Source of the DNA: an uncultured Eggerthellaceae bacterium
GTDB lineage: Bacteria > Actinomycetota > Coriobacteriia > Coriobacteriales > Eggerthellaceae
Assembly (NCBI GenBank): GCA_947566075.1
Contig: CANOIM010000010.1
Span: 52,187 to 76,186 of the forward strand
DNA length: 24,000 nucleotides
Direction of reading: 5' to 3'
Part shown: in pieces, positions 8,701-17,357 of the stretch
Numbering within the stretch: position 1 is the first letter of the stretch
Layout: each line of letters starts with the position of its first letter
Notes under the pieces: generated by a model
The model's database searches: none
The model's input: the letters and a program-made list of their open reading frames with translations, nothing else
What the model was told of the DNA's origin: nothing
Program-made: the position numbers and the translations under genes

Positions 8701-9354
8701 GAGCTCAGCATGCTTGAGGGCCCGCTTGGCCTTGCGTTCTAGTGGCCCCAGTTGACGGGACACCTCTCCGGCTATATCTCCCACCCGATCAACGTGGGCG
8801 CTCATGCGCTCCAGCTTGCGCGCGCTCTTGGCCATGCGCTGCTTATGCTTGAGCACCCCTGCCGCCTCTTCGATGAGAGCGCGGCGGTCTTCGGGCTTGG
8901 ACTGGAGGACAGAATCCAGCGCGCCCTGGGAGATGATGGAATGGGTACCAGAACCCAGTCCCGAATCATGGAGGATCTCAAGCACGTCCATGCGCCGTGA
9001 CACCACGCCATTGATGAGGTATTCGCTCTCACCTGAGCGATACATCCGGCGGGCGATGGAGACCTCGTCGAAGTCAACAGGGAGGGTGCGGTCAGAATTG
9101 TCCAGCACGAGCTCTACCTCAGCCACCGAGGTGGGCTTGCGGGCCGAAGAGCCTGAGAAGATGACGTCTTCCATAGCCTGGCCGCGGAGGTTCTTGGCGT
9201 TGCGCTCTCCTAGGACCCAGAGCACCGCATCAGATATGTTGGACTTGCCAGAGCCATTGGGCCCTACCACCGCAGTGATGCCCGGCTCCAACCGGAGCGT
9301 CACCTTATCAGCGAAGGATTTGAACCCGCGAAGGGAGAGCGTCTTCAAGAACAT
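5788..9354 (-). CDS. smc: Chromosome segregation protein SMC
   Basis: GPNGSGKSNISDAVLWVLGE at the N-terminus, long coiled coils around a hinge, LMSGGEKSLTALALLFALY and YILDEVEAALDD at the C-terminus. Confidence 0.97.
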   Translation of the reverse strand: MFLKTLSLRGFKSFADKVTLRLEPGITAVVGPNGSGKSNISDAVLWVLGERNAKNLRGQAMEDVIFSGSSARKPTSVAEVELVLDNSDRTLPVDFDEVSIARRMYRSGESEYLINGVVSRRMDVLEILHDSGLGSGTHSIISQGALDSVLQSKPEDRRALIEEAAGVLKHKQRMAKSARKLERMSAHVDRVGDIAGEVSRQLGPLERKAKRALKHAELSEELAQIKLVLAVDDLRSLKAEHGRITEREAMAEEQCQARHGRIQELDGELSKLQERIREDSLDASQLSKSYQQITAAAERLDSTSLLMRDRRRAALARASELEVRIQQSAGALERAQAKLLSTQGQAQEDKAAAEEAQGRVDGLSKQVAALSDSIAQAQKRSKEATDSISALESEDRTLRDKLARAKEQLANSNAQIKVIEGRKAELTVQIDRLSADARIAQAEAQAEEEALAALDEQEKGARTLVGSCMQAREEARRAADEAAAQEQSLLTQIEALEQIEAAEGAAASGAPKLAAQALEEKGRPPRLLSHLVKAPKELEPLVEALLSADLSALVVEGAAEVEVASAAVREDEAGSVALLMAQDGSQARSVLADAGAAAPRGERLLDRLTVAPEERTVVASLLGDVILCSSLEEALLSHAEDRTALRFATPEGDIVFPSGKVMLNARAKGSESGVLSRLRRIEELKASLEQAKASTVRASLEAEQAEKALMRAQTESLDLKEKLASLKGSAQGARQAADAAAQKLSSITRELEALEKTLQEESGTAQATLPDIQQMESRLAQIASQVAEGRSTLEQLEAQMAPEREELEEASAKLAEARLESAKLAERSTYSERVIQGALAELESLQASREEDGKVLAVKQVSARRLEPVLSLLDIIAQAARRTMSALEDASTSAKSSTDSLHAQMQQLREAARQAQDAYDGASEALAAIRVDKARAEMQVQAAVTVITEDCQVPLERALLTPAPEDRSLMEEESFRLTRRISNLGTINPDAAQEYEELKVRHDYLQSQLADLRSAARSLNRINRVIEERMKDDFARTFEEVNENFKEIFSALFPGGNAYLSLDRPEDIEEAGIEVNAQPAGKRITKMSLMSGGEKSLTALALLFALYKTRATPFYILDEVEAALDDSNLRRLTSYIDHMRATTQLIMITHQRRTMEMADVLFGVSMQADGVTKVLSQKLEDALRTKAS

Positions 9355-9357
9355 GGG

Positions 9358-10248
9358 CTAACCCTGCTTCTTCTTGGCGGCCTCTTTCGCCATCTTCTGC
9401 TCTTTGCGCTCCTGGACCCGCGCTTCCTTGGCGCGCCGATAGGCTTCATCCCGTTCTGCCTTGGCAGCAGCCTTATCCGCCTTGGCGCGCTTGGCGGAAT
9501 CAGCCTTGGCACGGCGGGCATCCTCGTCCAAGCCCAGCCCGAAGAACTCTCCCAACCGGGCAAGGGTTGATTTGGCCGCCTGGCTCTCAGCCTCCTTCTT
9601 CGTGCGTCCGCTTCCCTGGGCCAGGGCATGATCGCCTGCGTAGACCTGGGAGATGAACGTACGGTCATGGGGAGGCCCTTGGGTCTCTACCAGCTTGTAA
9701 GTGGGGGTGATGCCATCCACCTGGAGCTTCTCCTGCAACGCGCTCTTCGGGTTCTCCGGTTCGCGGGCAAGGTCGATGGACATGCGCGGCACCAAGGTGC
9801 GTTCCACGAAGGCCTTGGCGCACTGGATGCCGCCATCCAGGAACAACGCTGCCACCACGGCTTCGTAGACGTTCTCCAAAGCCGAATGGAGCCCCCGACG
9901 GCCCGTGCCCGTCTCTGAGGAGCCGAACACGATGATGTCTGCGAAGCCTAGGTCAGCCGCCACCTCCGAGAGGCTGGAACCAGACACCAGGGACACCTTG
10001 ATGCGCGTCAGACCGCCCTCATCCAAGTTGGGATAGCGATGGAAGGCGATGGATGCAACGATGGCCCCCAGGATGGAATCTCCCAAAAATTCCAAGCGCT
10101 CATAGGAGAACTTGACGGACTTGCCCTCCGTTGCGGAAGGATGGGTGATGGCAGCCAAGATGAGGGAGCTGTCTTCGAACTGGTGCTCCACAGCATCCTG
10201 GGCGAGGGAGAGCTTCTCCTCTTGTTCAGGGGTCAAGGCCACGCTCAT
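9358..10248 (-). CDS. rnc: Ribonuclease III with basic/charged C-terminal tail
   Basis: YERLEFLGDSIL, RRGLHSALENVYEAVVAALFLDGG, and a dsRBD (NPKSALQEKLQ...GSGRTKKEAESQAAKSTL), followed by a Lys/Arg/Ala-rich tail. Confidence 0.93.
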   Translation of the reverse strand: MSVALTPEQEEKLSLAQDAVEHQFEDSSLILAAITHPSATEGKSVKFSYERLEFLGDSILGAIVASIAFHRYPNLDEGGLTRIKVSLVSGSSLSEVAADLGFADIIVFGSSETGTGRRGLHSALENVYEAVVAALFLDGGIQCAKAFVERTLVPRMSIDLAREPENPKSALQEKLQVDGITPTYKLVETQGPPHDRTFISQVYAGDHALAQGSGRTKKEAESQAAKSTLARLGEFFGLGLDEDARRAKADSAKRAKADKAAAKAERDEAYRRAKEARVQERKEQKMAKEAAKKKQG

Positions 10249-11267
10249 TCCCCTTCCCCCGCTGGGGCAGAGGGAGCGAAGGCCTCAGCCACTTTCCGGG
10301 AGACCCCTTCGCGCACCTGGGCGGCCCCCGCCAAGATGCCGTTCTTGATGGCCTGGGCATTGGAAGACCCGTGCCCCACGATGCAGGTGCCCTTCACCCC
10401 CAGAAGCGGTGAGCCGCCATAGCGGTCAGGATCCAGTTCGGCTTTCAACTCTGAGAGGCTGCCTTTGACCAGAAGCGCCCCGAGCTTCGCCGACAGGCTT
10501 GAGGTGAGCGCTCCTTTGAGATGTTTGAAGATGAGCTTGGAGGTGCCCTCGATGGTCTTCAGGCACACATTGCCCGTGAAGCCATCGGTCACCACCACAT
10601 CGAACGCCCCCGCTACCAGATCTCCCCCTTCGCAGTTGCCCGCGAACTCAGGGACCTGGGCCGTGAGAGCTGCGTGGGCCTCAAGGGCGAAGGATGATCC
10701 TTTGGTGTCCTCTTCGCCGATGTTCAAGAGCCCCACCCGCGGCGTGGACACGCCTAAGACGGACTGCATGTAGATGACGCCCATCTGAGCGAATTGAGCT
10801 AGGTAATCCGCCTTGCAATCAGCGTTGGCCCCCACATCCACCAAGAAGACGGGACGGTCATAGGCAGGGATGATGACGCCCAAGGCCGGGCGCTTCACGC
10901 CTTTGGCGCGCCCCATGATGAGGGTGGCGGCGGTGAGGCAAGCACCAGTGGAGCCTGCCGAGAAGAAGCCCTGGGCCTTCCCTTCGCGTACCAGGGTGCA
11001 GCCGCGCACGATGGAGGAATCCTTCTTCGTGCGCACGGCCTGAGCGGGATGCTCAGCCATGGAGATGACCTGGGTGGTGGGCACCGGCGTGCAATGGTCT
11101 GTATCCCGACAGAGGGGCGTGATGGCCGCCTCTTCGCCGCAGAGGAGGACGCGCAGCTCAGGATCAGCCTCAAGGGCGAGCCGTGTGCCTTCTATAACGA
11201 CGTTGGGGGCGTTGTCGCCCCCCATAGCGTCTACTGATACTGTTACCGGTGCAGCCAAAAGAGCCAT
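10245..11267 (-). CDS. plsX: Phosphate acyltransferase PlsX
   Basis: VTVSVDAMGGDNAPNVVIEG, GVIIPA, VDVGANADCK, TDGFTGNVCLKTIEG. Confidence 0.95.
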   Translation of the reverse strand: MALLAAPVTVSVDAMGGDNAPNVVIEGTRLALEADPELRVLLCGEEAAITPLCRDTDHCTPVPTTQVISMAEHPAQAVRTKKDSSIVRGCTLVREGKAQGFFSAGSTGACLTAATLIMGRAKGVKRPALGVIIPAYDRPVFLVDVGANADCKADYLAQFAQMGVIYMQSVLGVSTPRVGLLNIGEEDTKGSSFALEAHAALTAQVPEFAGNCEGGDLVAGAFDVVVTDGFTGNVCLKTIEGTSKLIFKHLKGALTSSLSAKLGALLVKGSLSELKAELDPDRYGGSPLLGVKGTCIVGHGSSNAQAIKNGILAGAAQVREGVSRKVAEAFAPSAPAGEGE

Positions 11268-11304
11268 CTCCGAAGAAGCTATCGCAGCCTTGGGATGGGA
11301 GAGG

Positions 11305-11484
11305 CTAGTCGGTCTCTACCACTTCGCGGTCCTTGTAGAAGCCGCAGTTAGGGCACACCCTGTGCGGAAGCTTCACCTCGCCGCACTGGGGACAGGTGGA
11401 CCGGGACGGAGTTGCGATCTTGTCATGGAGGCTGCGACGCCTGTGGGTGCGGATGCGACCCATCTTCTGCTTAGGTACTGCCAT
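11305..11484 (-). CDS. rpmF: 50S ribosomal protein L32 (59 aa, not in the supplied ORF track)
   Basis: Manual translation of the minus strand: MAVPKQKMGRIRTHRRRSLHDKIATPSRSTCPQCGEVKLPHRVCPNCGFYKDREVVETD*. It has the CxxC...CxxC zinc ribbon and sits in the expected place between YceD and plsX. Confidence 0.95.
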   Translation of the reverse strand: MAVPKQKMGRIRTHRRRSLHDKIATPSRSTCPQCGEVKLPHRVCPNCGFYKDREVVETD

Positions 11485-11569
11485 GTTCTCATGCTCCTTT
11501 TTCCTTCAGCCGGGACACTTCCATGAGCTACGCGCCCCTGCATGTTCGCTTGTTCACACGCGACGTTTA

Positions 11570-11598
11570 ATTCTAGCAAAGCATCAGTGCCGGTTCAA
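11570..11598 (-). promoter_or_regulatory. Candidate promoter for rpmF-plsX-rnc-...
   Basis: On the minus strand, TTGAAC (11598-11593), 17 nt spacer, TAGAAT (11575-11570). Confidence 0.6.
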
Positions 11599-11658
11599 GG
11601 AGATTCAGCGCAATGGGAGCATCCCCAAGCTCTTCGGCCTAAAAGCTTGCAGCGCTTC

Positions 11659-12195
11659 CTAGGAAAGATCCAGGTCCTTCAGGATGGCGAAGGGATTCGC
11701 GGCATCAGCGAAACCGTCCTCCTCAGTACAGTTGCACTCCCCTTCATTCAGGTTGCAGCCGCACTGGGGGCAGATGCCCTTGCACCCCTCTTGGCAAAGC
11801 GGCTGAGCGGGCGCATCCAAGAGCAATCCCTGCAGGATGAGCGGGGTCAGGTCTATGTCATGATCCTCAGGCAACAGGCTGAACTCATCTTCCTCCAGCT
11901 CATCGTCGTGGCCTTCGGCGGATATCACGAAGTACCCCTCTATGGCGCCGTCGAAGGAGATGGAAGCCTCTTCCAAACAGCGGGAGCAAGCACAAACGCC
12001 CTCAGCTTGCACGCTGCCACGCAGAAGCAGCGCCCCTCCGGTATTCGTGACCTCTACCTCCCAGGTGCAAGGCTCCGCGAAGCAGTACTCATCGGCTCCC
12101 ACCGTAACCACTCCCAACTCTGCCGTCCCCCGGAACGTCTGGGTCTCAGCAGGCTCGAAGAGCTCTGAGGGGATATGGATCTTCACTGGTTCCAT
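11659..12195 (-). CDS. DUF177 / YceD family protein with C4 zinc-binding motif
   Basis: MEPVKIHIPSELFEP..., CACSRCLEE, LPLLD-like ILQGLLLDAPAQPLCQEGCKGICPQCGCNLNEGEC. ATG at 12195 has GGAGAGGAG upstream; 12204 is the alternative start. Confidence 0.85.
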   Translation of the reverse strand: MEPVKIHIPSELFEPAETQTFRGTAELGVVTVGADEYCFAEPCTWEVEVTNTGGALLLRGSVQAEGVCACSRCLEEASISFDGAIEGYFVISAEGHDDELEEDEFSLLPEDHDIDLTPLILQGLLLDAPAQPLCQEGCKGICPQCGCNLNEGECNCTEEDGFADAANPFAILKDLDLS

Positions 12196-12275
12196 GGCGT
12201 GCATCTCCTCTCCAAGGACGAGTAAGCCGCCCGCGCAGGACGCAGACGGCTCACGAGCACCTATGTCAGATCAAG

Positions 12276-12746
12276 CTAGCGGGGATTCATGGAGTTGGAG
12301 TTCAGGCGGTCCCGAACCCGGCGAACCTGGGACAACACGTTGTCCAGGCTCTGCTCCACATGACCGAAGACCTCATCAGCGTAGTCCTCGGCACCCGCAC
12401 GCGTCTCACGCTCAAGCTCACGGGCGTCTGCCATGATGGTCTCCGCCTGCTGCTGTGAGATGCGGACGATCTCCTGTTCGGAGGCGATGGTCATGGCTTG
12501 GCTGCGCGCATCTTCGATGAGACGGTTCGCCTCATCTTCAGCATCTTCCAGAAGGGCCTGACGCTCCCGCACGATCTGGCGGGCCTGGGCGAATTCCCCC
12601 GGGAAGATATCGCGGATCTCATCCATGATCTCAAAGGCAGCAGAGATATCCACCTGCCTCATATTGCTCTTGCCGAAAACCGTCTTAGAGTCTTCCAGCA
12701 GTATGGATAGCTCCTCGAGAAGCCCCAATACTCCTGTCTCGTCCAT
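12276..12746 (-). CDS. Coiled-coil, DivIVA/ATP-synthase-b-like conserved actinobacterial protein
   Basis: MDETGVLGLLEELSILLEDSK...ALLEDAEDEANRLIEDARSQAMTIASEQEIVRISQQQAETIMADARE. ATG at 12746 has AAGGAAGGA upstream. Confidence 0.7.
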   Translation of the reverse strand: MDETGVLGLLEELSILLEDSKTVFGKSNMRQVDISAAFEIMDEIRDIFPGEFAQARQIVRERQALLEDAEDEANRLIEDARSQAMTIASEQEIVRISQQQAETIMADARELERETRAGAEDYADEVFGHVEQSLDNVLSQVRRVRDRLNSNSMNPR

Positions 12747-12849
12747 ATCAGTCCTTCCTTGAACGCCTTTGCGAAGGCTCACAGGCGTAAGCCCATTGCC
12801 TCAAGCGTGCTCTTGCGTCTGCCCATGCATAGTAGCAGACGGACAAGAG

Positions 12850-12878
12850 ATTCTAACACGGACACCCTGAAGTCACAA
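12850..12878 (-). promoter_or_regulatory. Candidate promoter for the 12276..12746 gene and downstream genes
   Basis: On the minus strand, TTGTGA (12878-12873), 17 nt spacer, TAGAAT (12855-12850). Confidence 0.55.
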
Positions 12879-12893
12879 AGGACAGAAGTACCC

Positions 12894-13472
12894 TTAGGCG
12901 CAACGGTTCCATGACAGGTAGTCAAGAGCTGTCTTGCCATAGCGCTTCTGACGGATGAGACTGAGGCCCGCCACCTCAGGCAGGTCAGGAGATGCGACAG
13001 CTCGCTCATAGACGATGAGCGCCTCTTCGGCAAGCGCACCCTCCTGCCCCGCCCGTAGGATCAACGAAGCCACCGCTTCAGGGGCAGTAGCATAGGGCGG
13101 GTCCAACAGGAGAAGGCCATAGGGAGCGAACCTTCCCCCGATGCCCTGGGAGAGCACATCCCGACGGGAAGCATCTGTCTGGCTTTCCACCCCCAAGAGC
13201 GCCAGATTGGAGCGAACGCACTCCAAGGAGCCCTTCGCTTGGTCGAAGAACTGCACGCAGCGTGCCCCTCGGGAGAGCATCTCCAAGCCCAGGGCCCCTG
13301 ATCCCGCGAAGGCGTCACAGACCGAGATGCCCTCCAGGCTGCCGATCAAGCTGGTCACCGAACTGGCCAGCGCCTCCCGCACGCGGTCAGTGGTAGGGCG
13401 CGCCATATCAGCCGGACAGCCGATGAGCCGCCCGCCGAAGCTCCCTGCAACGATCCTCAGAGCACCGCTCAT
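12894..13472 (-). CDS. rsmD: 16S rRNA (guanine966-N2)-methyltransferase RsmD
   Basis: LRIVAGSFGGRLIGCP...RPTTDRVREALASS, DAFAGSGALGLEMLSRGA, LLLLDPPYA. Confidence 0.93.
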   Translation of the reverse strand: MSGALRIVAGSFGGRLIGCPADMARPTTDRVREALASSVTSLIGSLEGISVCDAFAGSGALGLEMLSRGARCVQFFDQAKGSLECVRSNLALLGVESQTDASRRDVLSQGIGGRFAPYGLLLLDPPYATAPEAVASLILRAGQEGALAEEALIVYERAVASPDLPEVAGLSLIRQKRYGKTALDYLSWNRCA

Positions 13473-15733
13473 CCGCCGCTCACCGTCCCTTCCTCAGCGA
13501 ACATCATCCGCACCTCATGGGCAAGGGCCGCCACGTCTTCCCCGGCCAGCTCAGGATCAGCTTCGAGGATGGCCTGGGCATCCTCATGGGCTGCCTCGAT
13601 GAGCGCGGCATCCTTGATCACGTTCACCAGCTTGAGCGCACTGGCCCCTGATTGCTTGTTCCCTAGGATATCCCCCTCACGGCGCAGGGATAGGTCATAG
13701 CCCGCTATCTGGAAGCCATCATCGCTCTGGACAAGGGCCGCCAAGCGCGTGAGAGCGGCAGGTTGAGCGCTTGAGGATATCAGGTACACCTGGGCATCCA
13801 GATCAGCACGGCCTACGCGGCCCCTCAATTGATGGAGCTGGGAGAGGCCGAAGCGGTCAGCGTCCTCCACGATCATCACCGTGGCTTCAGGCACATCCAC
13901 TCCCACTTCTATCACCGTGGTGGTGACCAGCACCTGCACCTCTCCGGAGACGAAGGCGTCCATGGCAGCGCGCTTCTCATCCGGCGTCATGCCGCCATGG
14001 AGCAGTCCCACCTCATAGGCAGCGAACACCGTAGAGGCCAAGCGACGCGCCTCCGCTACGGCAGAGGTGCCAGCCTGGGCATCGAGGTCCCCTTCATCTT
14101 CTATCAGGATATCCGGATGATAGGCCTCATCCTCATCCCCTGCCTGGCGCTTTGCTCTCTTCTCCTCCCCCTTGCCCACCAAAGGGCACACCACATAGAC
14201 GCGCTCTCCCCGCTCCAACGCCTCTCGGGCTGCATCATAGGCCACCCCGCGCTGGTTGCGCTCCAGCGCGAAGGTCTCCCGGCAAGAGCCGCTCTTCGGC
14301 TTCTGACGCAGATAGGAATGGGTGAGGTTGCCGAAAAGGGTGAGCGCCAGGCTGCGCGGGATGGGAGTGGCTGTCATATAGAGGGCATCAGGGGCATCGC
14401 CCTTGTCAAGGAGCTTCGCCCGCTGACCCACTCCGAAGCGCTGCTGCTCATCGATCACCACGAAGGAGAGGCTCTTGGCCACCACATCATCTTCGATGAG
14501 CGCATGGGTGCCGATGAGCGCGTTGAGCTCTCCTGAGGCGAAGGCATCCAAGAGGAGCTTGCGCTCCGGGACTGGAGTGGAGCCTGTGAGGAGCCCCCAA
14601 GATACATCTGCCTTGTCAAAGAGGGCACCCAATGTCTTGGCATGCTGCTGTGCCAAGATCTCCGTAGGGGCCATGAGCAAGGATTGGCCGCCGCTATCTG
14701 CCGCCGCAGCCATGCCGAAGGCAGCCACGATGGTCTTGCCCGTGCCCACGTCTCCCAAGACCATGTGATCAGCCACCCGCTTGGCAGCCATGGCCGCGAA
14801 GAGCTCTTGGATGGTGCGGGATTGGTCCTGGGTCAGCTGGAAAGGCAGGCTCTGACAGAGGCTACGGATATGCGGGCCATCCGTTACGTGCTGCCAGACT
14901 GCACCGTTGCTGGGCTCACGGCTTCCCTGTTGCATGAGATACAGCTGGAGGCAGAGCACCTCTTCGTAGACCAAGCGCTCTTTGGCCTGAGGGATGTCTT
15001 CCATGGTATGCGGACGGTGGATGCGCTCCAGGGCCGCACCGCGGGAGATGAGACCGCGCTCGTCCCGGATACGGGCCGGGAGCGGGTCCAACATGGCGCG
15101 GGTCTCATCCAGCGCTGTCTCGATGATCTTGCGCATCACGCCAACGGTGAGCTTCCCTGAAGCGGGGTGGATGGCCAATACCTTGCCCGAGATCCCTTCC
15201 TCCTCCAGCTCCTCGAAATAGGGATTGGTCATCTGCTTGAAGTCATAGCCATCGGCCACTTTGCCAGAGACCGCTAGCCTCATACCGGGCTTGAGCCGCT
15301 TCGCCAGCCAGGGCATATGGAAGAAGGTGATGGTCATGACCCCCGTTGCATCGCGCACATCCAATTCCACGATGGAGAGCCGAGTGCGCGTGCGCTTGGG
15401 AGTGACGCGGTCTATCACGCAGGCGATGGTGCAAACGCTGGCAATGGGCGCCTGGGAAATGGTGCACACCCGGGAAAGGTCAAGGTAGCGGCGCGGGAAA
15501 TGGGTCAGCAGGTCTCGCACAGTGCGAATGCCCAGCTTCGCCAAGGCCTGGGCCCGCGAGGATGAGACCCCTTTGACGGAGGTGACCGAAGAGCTCAAGG
15601 CAAGCGTGGCCTCTAGCCTGTCTGGGTTCCTAGGATCCCCGGAGGGCGTGCGTGGGCTACTCAAGCGAGAAGACAACGGGATAGAGCGGCTGGCCACCGT
15701 CTTGGATATCCATCTCCAAGTCAGGATAGGCAT
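13469..15733 (-). CDS. recG: ATP-dependent DNA helicase RecG (start uncertain, probably near 15598)
   Basis: GIRTVRDLLTHFPRRYLDLSR, LGDVGTGKTIVAAFG, DEQQRFGVGQR, TATPIPRSLALTLFG, TTVIEVGVDVPEAT, LHQLRGRVGR. The N-terminal ~45 residues overlap the upstream gene and are not RecG-like. A TTG codon lies at 15598. Confidence 0.95.
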   Translation of the reverse strand: MPILTWRWISKTVASRSIPLSSRLSSPRTPSGDPRNPDRLEATLALSSSVTSVKGVSSSRAQALAKLGIRTVRDLLTHFPRRYLDLSRVCTISQAPIASVCTIACVIDRVTPKRTRTRLSIVELDVRDATGVMTITFFHMPWLAKRLKPGMRLAVSGKVADGYDFKQMTNPYFEELEEEGISGKVLAIHPASGKLTVGVMRKIIETALDETRAMLDPLPARIRDERGLISRGAALERIHRPHTMEDIPQAKERLVYEEVLCLQLYLMQQGSREPSNGAVWQHVTDGPHIRSLCQSLPFQLTQDQSRTIQELFAAMAAKRVADHMVLGDVGTGKTIVAAFGMAAAADSGGQSLLMAPTEILAQQHAKTLGALFDKADVSWGLLTGSTPVPERKLLLDAFASGELNALIGTHALIEDDVVAKSLSFVVIDEQQRFGVGQRAKLLDKGDAPDALYMTATPIPRSLALTLFGNLTHSYLRQKPKSGSCRETFALERNQRGVAYDAAREALERGERVYVVCPLVGKGEEKRAKRQAGDEDEAYHPDILIEDEGDLDAQAGTSAVAEARRLASTVFAAYEVGLLHGGMTPDEKRAAMDAFVSGEVQVLVTTTVIEVGVDVPEATVMIVEDADRFGLSQLHQLRGRVGRADLDAQVYLISSSAQPAALTRLAALVQSDDGFQIAGYDLSLRREGDILGNKQSGASALKLVNVIKDAALIEAAHEDAQAILEADPELAGEDVAALAHEVRMMFAEEGTVSGG

Positions 15734-17288
15734 CCTGGATGGCAGATTCCAGTTGTTGGAGCTGATCTTCGGTCAGATCTTCGCCCGCCAAGAGCGTCAT
15801 GATGTCCGCGTCTTCCGCATCCATCTTGGCCAGAAGCTGCATCACCGCGCTGTTCACGTCCGGGGCCACCGCATCGATGGAGCCCCCTGCGATGCCGATG
15901 ACATCCCCGCAATGGATGGGGCCTCCTGAGGAATCCTTCGAATCCTTGATGGCGATGGTCACCTCACCGGTCTTCACCTCTTGGGCAGCCTCTGTCATAG
16001 CGGCTACGTTCTCTTCAAGGCTGGCGTCCTCATCCACGGCGAAGAGGGCTGCGAAGGCCTGAGGAACGCTCTTGGTGGGAACCACGCCGCAATCCTTCTC
16101 AGAGAGGGTGCAGGCGCTTTCTGCAGCCATGATGATGTTAGAGTTGTTCGGGAGGATGATGACCGCATCCGCGTTCACCTTCCCCACGGCTTCCAGCAGG
16201 TCCTTGGTGGAGGGGTTCATGGTCTGACCACCCGAGACGACGATGTCCACCCCCTGGCTCTCCAGGATCTTGCGCGTCCCCTCTCCGGCCGCCACGGCCA
16301 CGAAACCCAGGGCCTTGCGCTCCTCCCGCTGCTCAGAGGCTATCTTGCTTGCCCTGTCCTGGGATTGCAGGTCCATGTTGTGGATATGCACCTCAGAGAT
16401 CTGCCCCTGGTCAAGGAAGTACTTGAGCACCTGGTCAGGGGTGTTGGAATGGACATGCACCTTGAACTTGGGAGCCGCCCCCACGCAGAGCTCGCAATCT
16501 CCCATGGTCTGAAGGAAGTCCAAGGCTGCTTCAGGGTCAAGGGTGTCAGAATCTACCAGGAACTCGTTGCAATAGCGATATTCCGAGCCCTCCCAGTCAT
16601 TGATCTGCTCTATCTCGACCTTCGGACCGAAAGCGCCCCCCAGAGTGATGTCCTCTATGTCCAAGGGAGCCTTGCCCAGAAGCGCAGCGGCGAAGGAATC
16701 CAGGAGGATGGCCAAGCCGAAGCCGCCCGCATCCACCACGCCGTTCTCTTTGAGCACCGCGAGGAAATCCGGTGTGCGCTGCACAGAGGCATAGGCTTCG
16801 GACACGATGGCCTCCATGGCCGCATCCGTATCCAGCCCGAGGACCGCCGCATCCTTCGCCGCCTTCGCCGTGTCCCTGAGCACCGTGAGGATGGTACCCT
16901 CCACGGGCTTGCGCACCGCCTGGAAGGCCACCTCTTCGGCCTTCTGGAAGGAAGCGGCTATGGTCTCCGTATCGAACTGGTCAAGCCCTTCGCTACCCTC
17001 GCAAAGGCCGCGGAGGATCTGGGAGGTGATGACGCCGGAATTGCCGCGGGCGCCCATGAGGGCACCTTGGATGATGGCCTTGCGCACCGCCTGACCATCA
17101 GCATCTGAACCCAAAGAGCGCAGGTTGTTGACCACGCTCTCTATGGTGAGCGACATATTGGTGCCCGTATCCCCGTCGGGGACCGGGAAGACGTTCAGGC
17201 GGTTGATCTCTTCCTTGCGCTGGGTGAGGGCCGCCGAAGCGCTTGCGATGGCGTTGAGGATCTGGGCAGGTTCATAGGTCTTGAGCAT
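15657..17288 (-). CDS. DAK2/DhaL-DegV-like protein (YloV/FakA family)
   Basis: RLNVFPVPDGDTGTNMSLTIE, GARGNSGVITSQILRG, and a C-terminal DegV-related half. ATG preceded by AGGAGAATCC. Confidence 0.92.
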   Translation of the reverse strand: MLKTYEPAQILNAIASASAALTQRKEEINRLNVFPVPDGDTGTNMSLTIESVVNNLRSLGSDADGQAVRKAIIQGALMGARGNSGVITSQILRGLCEGSEGLDQFDTETIAASFQKAEEVAFQAVRKPVEGTILTVLRDTAKAAKDAAVLGLDTDAAMEAIVSEAYASVQRTPDFLAVLKENGVVDAGGFGLAILLDSFAAALLGKAPLDIEDITLGGAFGPKVEIEQINDWEGSEYRYCNEFLVDSDTLDPEAALDFLQTMGDCELCVGAAPKFKVHVHSNTPDQVLKYFLDQGQISEVHIHNMDLQSQDRASKIASEQREERKALGFVAVAAGEGTRKILESQGVDIVVSGGQTMNPSTKDLLEAVGKVNADAVIILPNNSNIIMAAESACTLSEKDCGVVPTKSVPQAFAALFAVDEDASLEENVAAMTEAAQEVKTGEVTIAIKDSKDSSGGPIHCGDVIGIAGGSIDAVAPDVNSAVMQLLAKMDAEDADIMTLLAGEDLTEDQLQQLESAIQDAYPDLEMDIQDGGQPLYPVVFSLE

Positions 17289-17357
17289 GGGGGGATTCTC
17301 CTAAAGAGGGGCGTGAGCCGTGACGAGATGCAGCTGCATCAGACGTTCCAAGGCAGG

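Noticed and set aside
13469-15733. RecG DEQQ instead of DEQH helicase motif II
   Set aside because: Motif II variation at the fourth position is tolerated among helicases and the remaining motifs are canonical; weak as a standalone anomaly.
15981-17108. 375 aa plus-strand ORF
   Set aside because: Fully antisense to the clearly conserved DAK2/FakA-like gene; composition (His/Gly/Leu-rich) indicates a shadow ORF.
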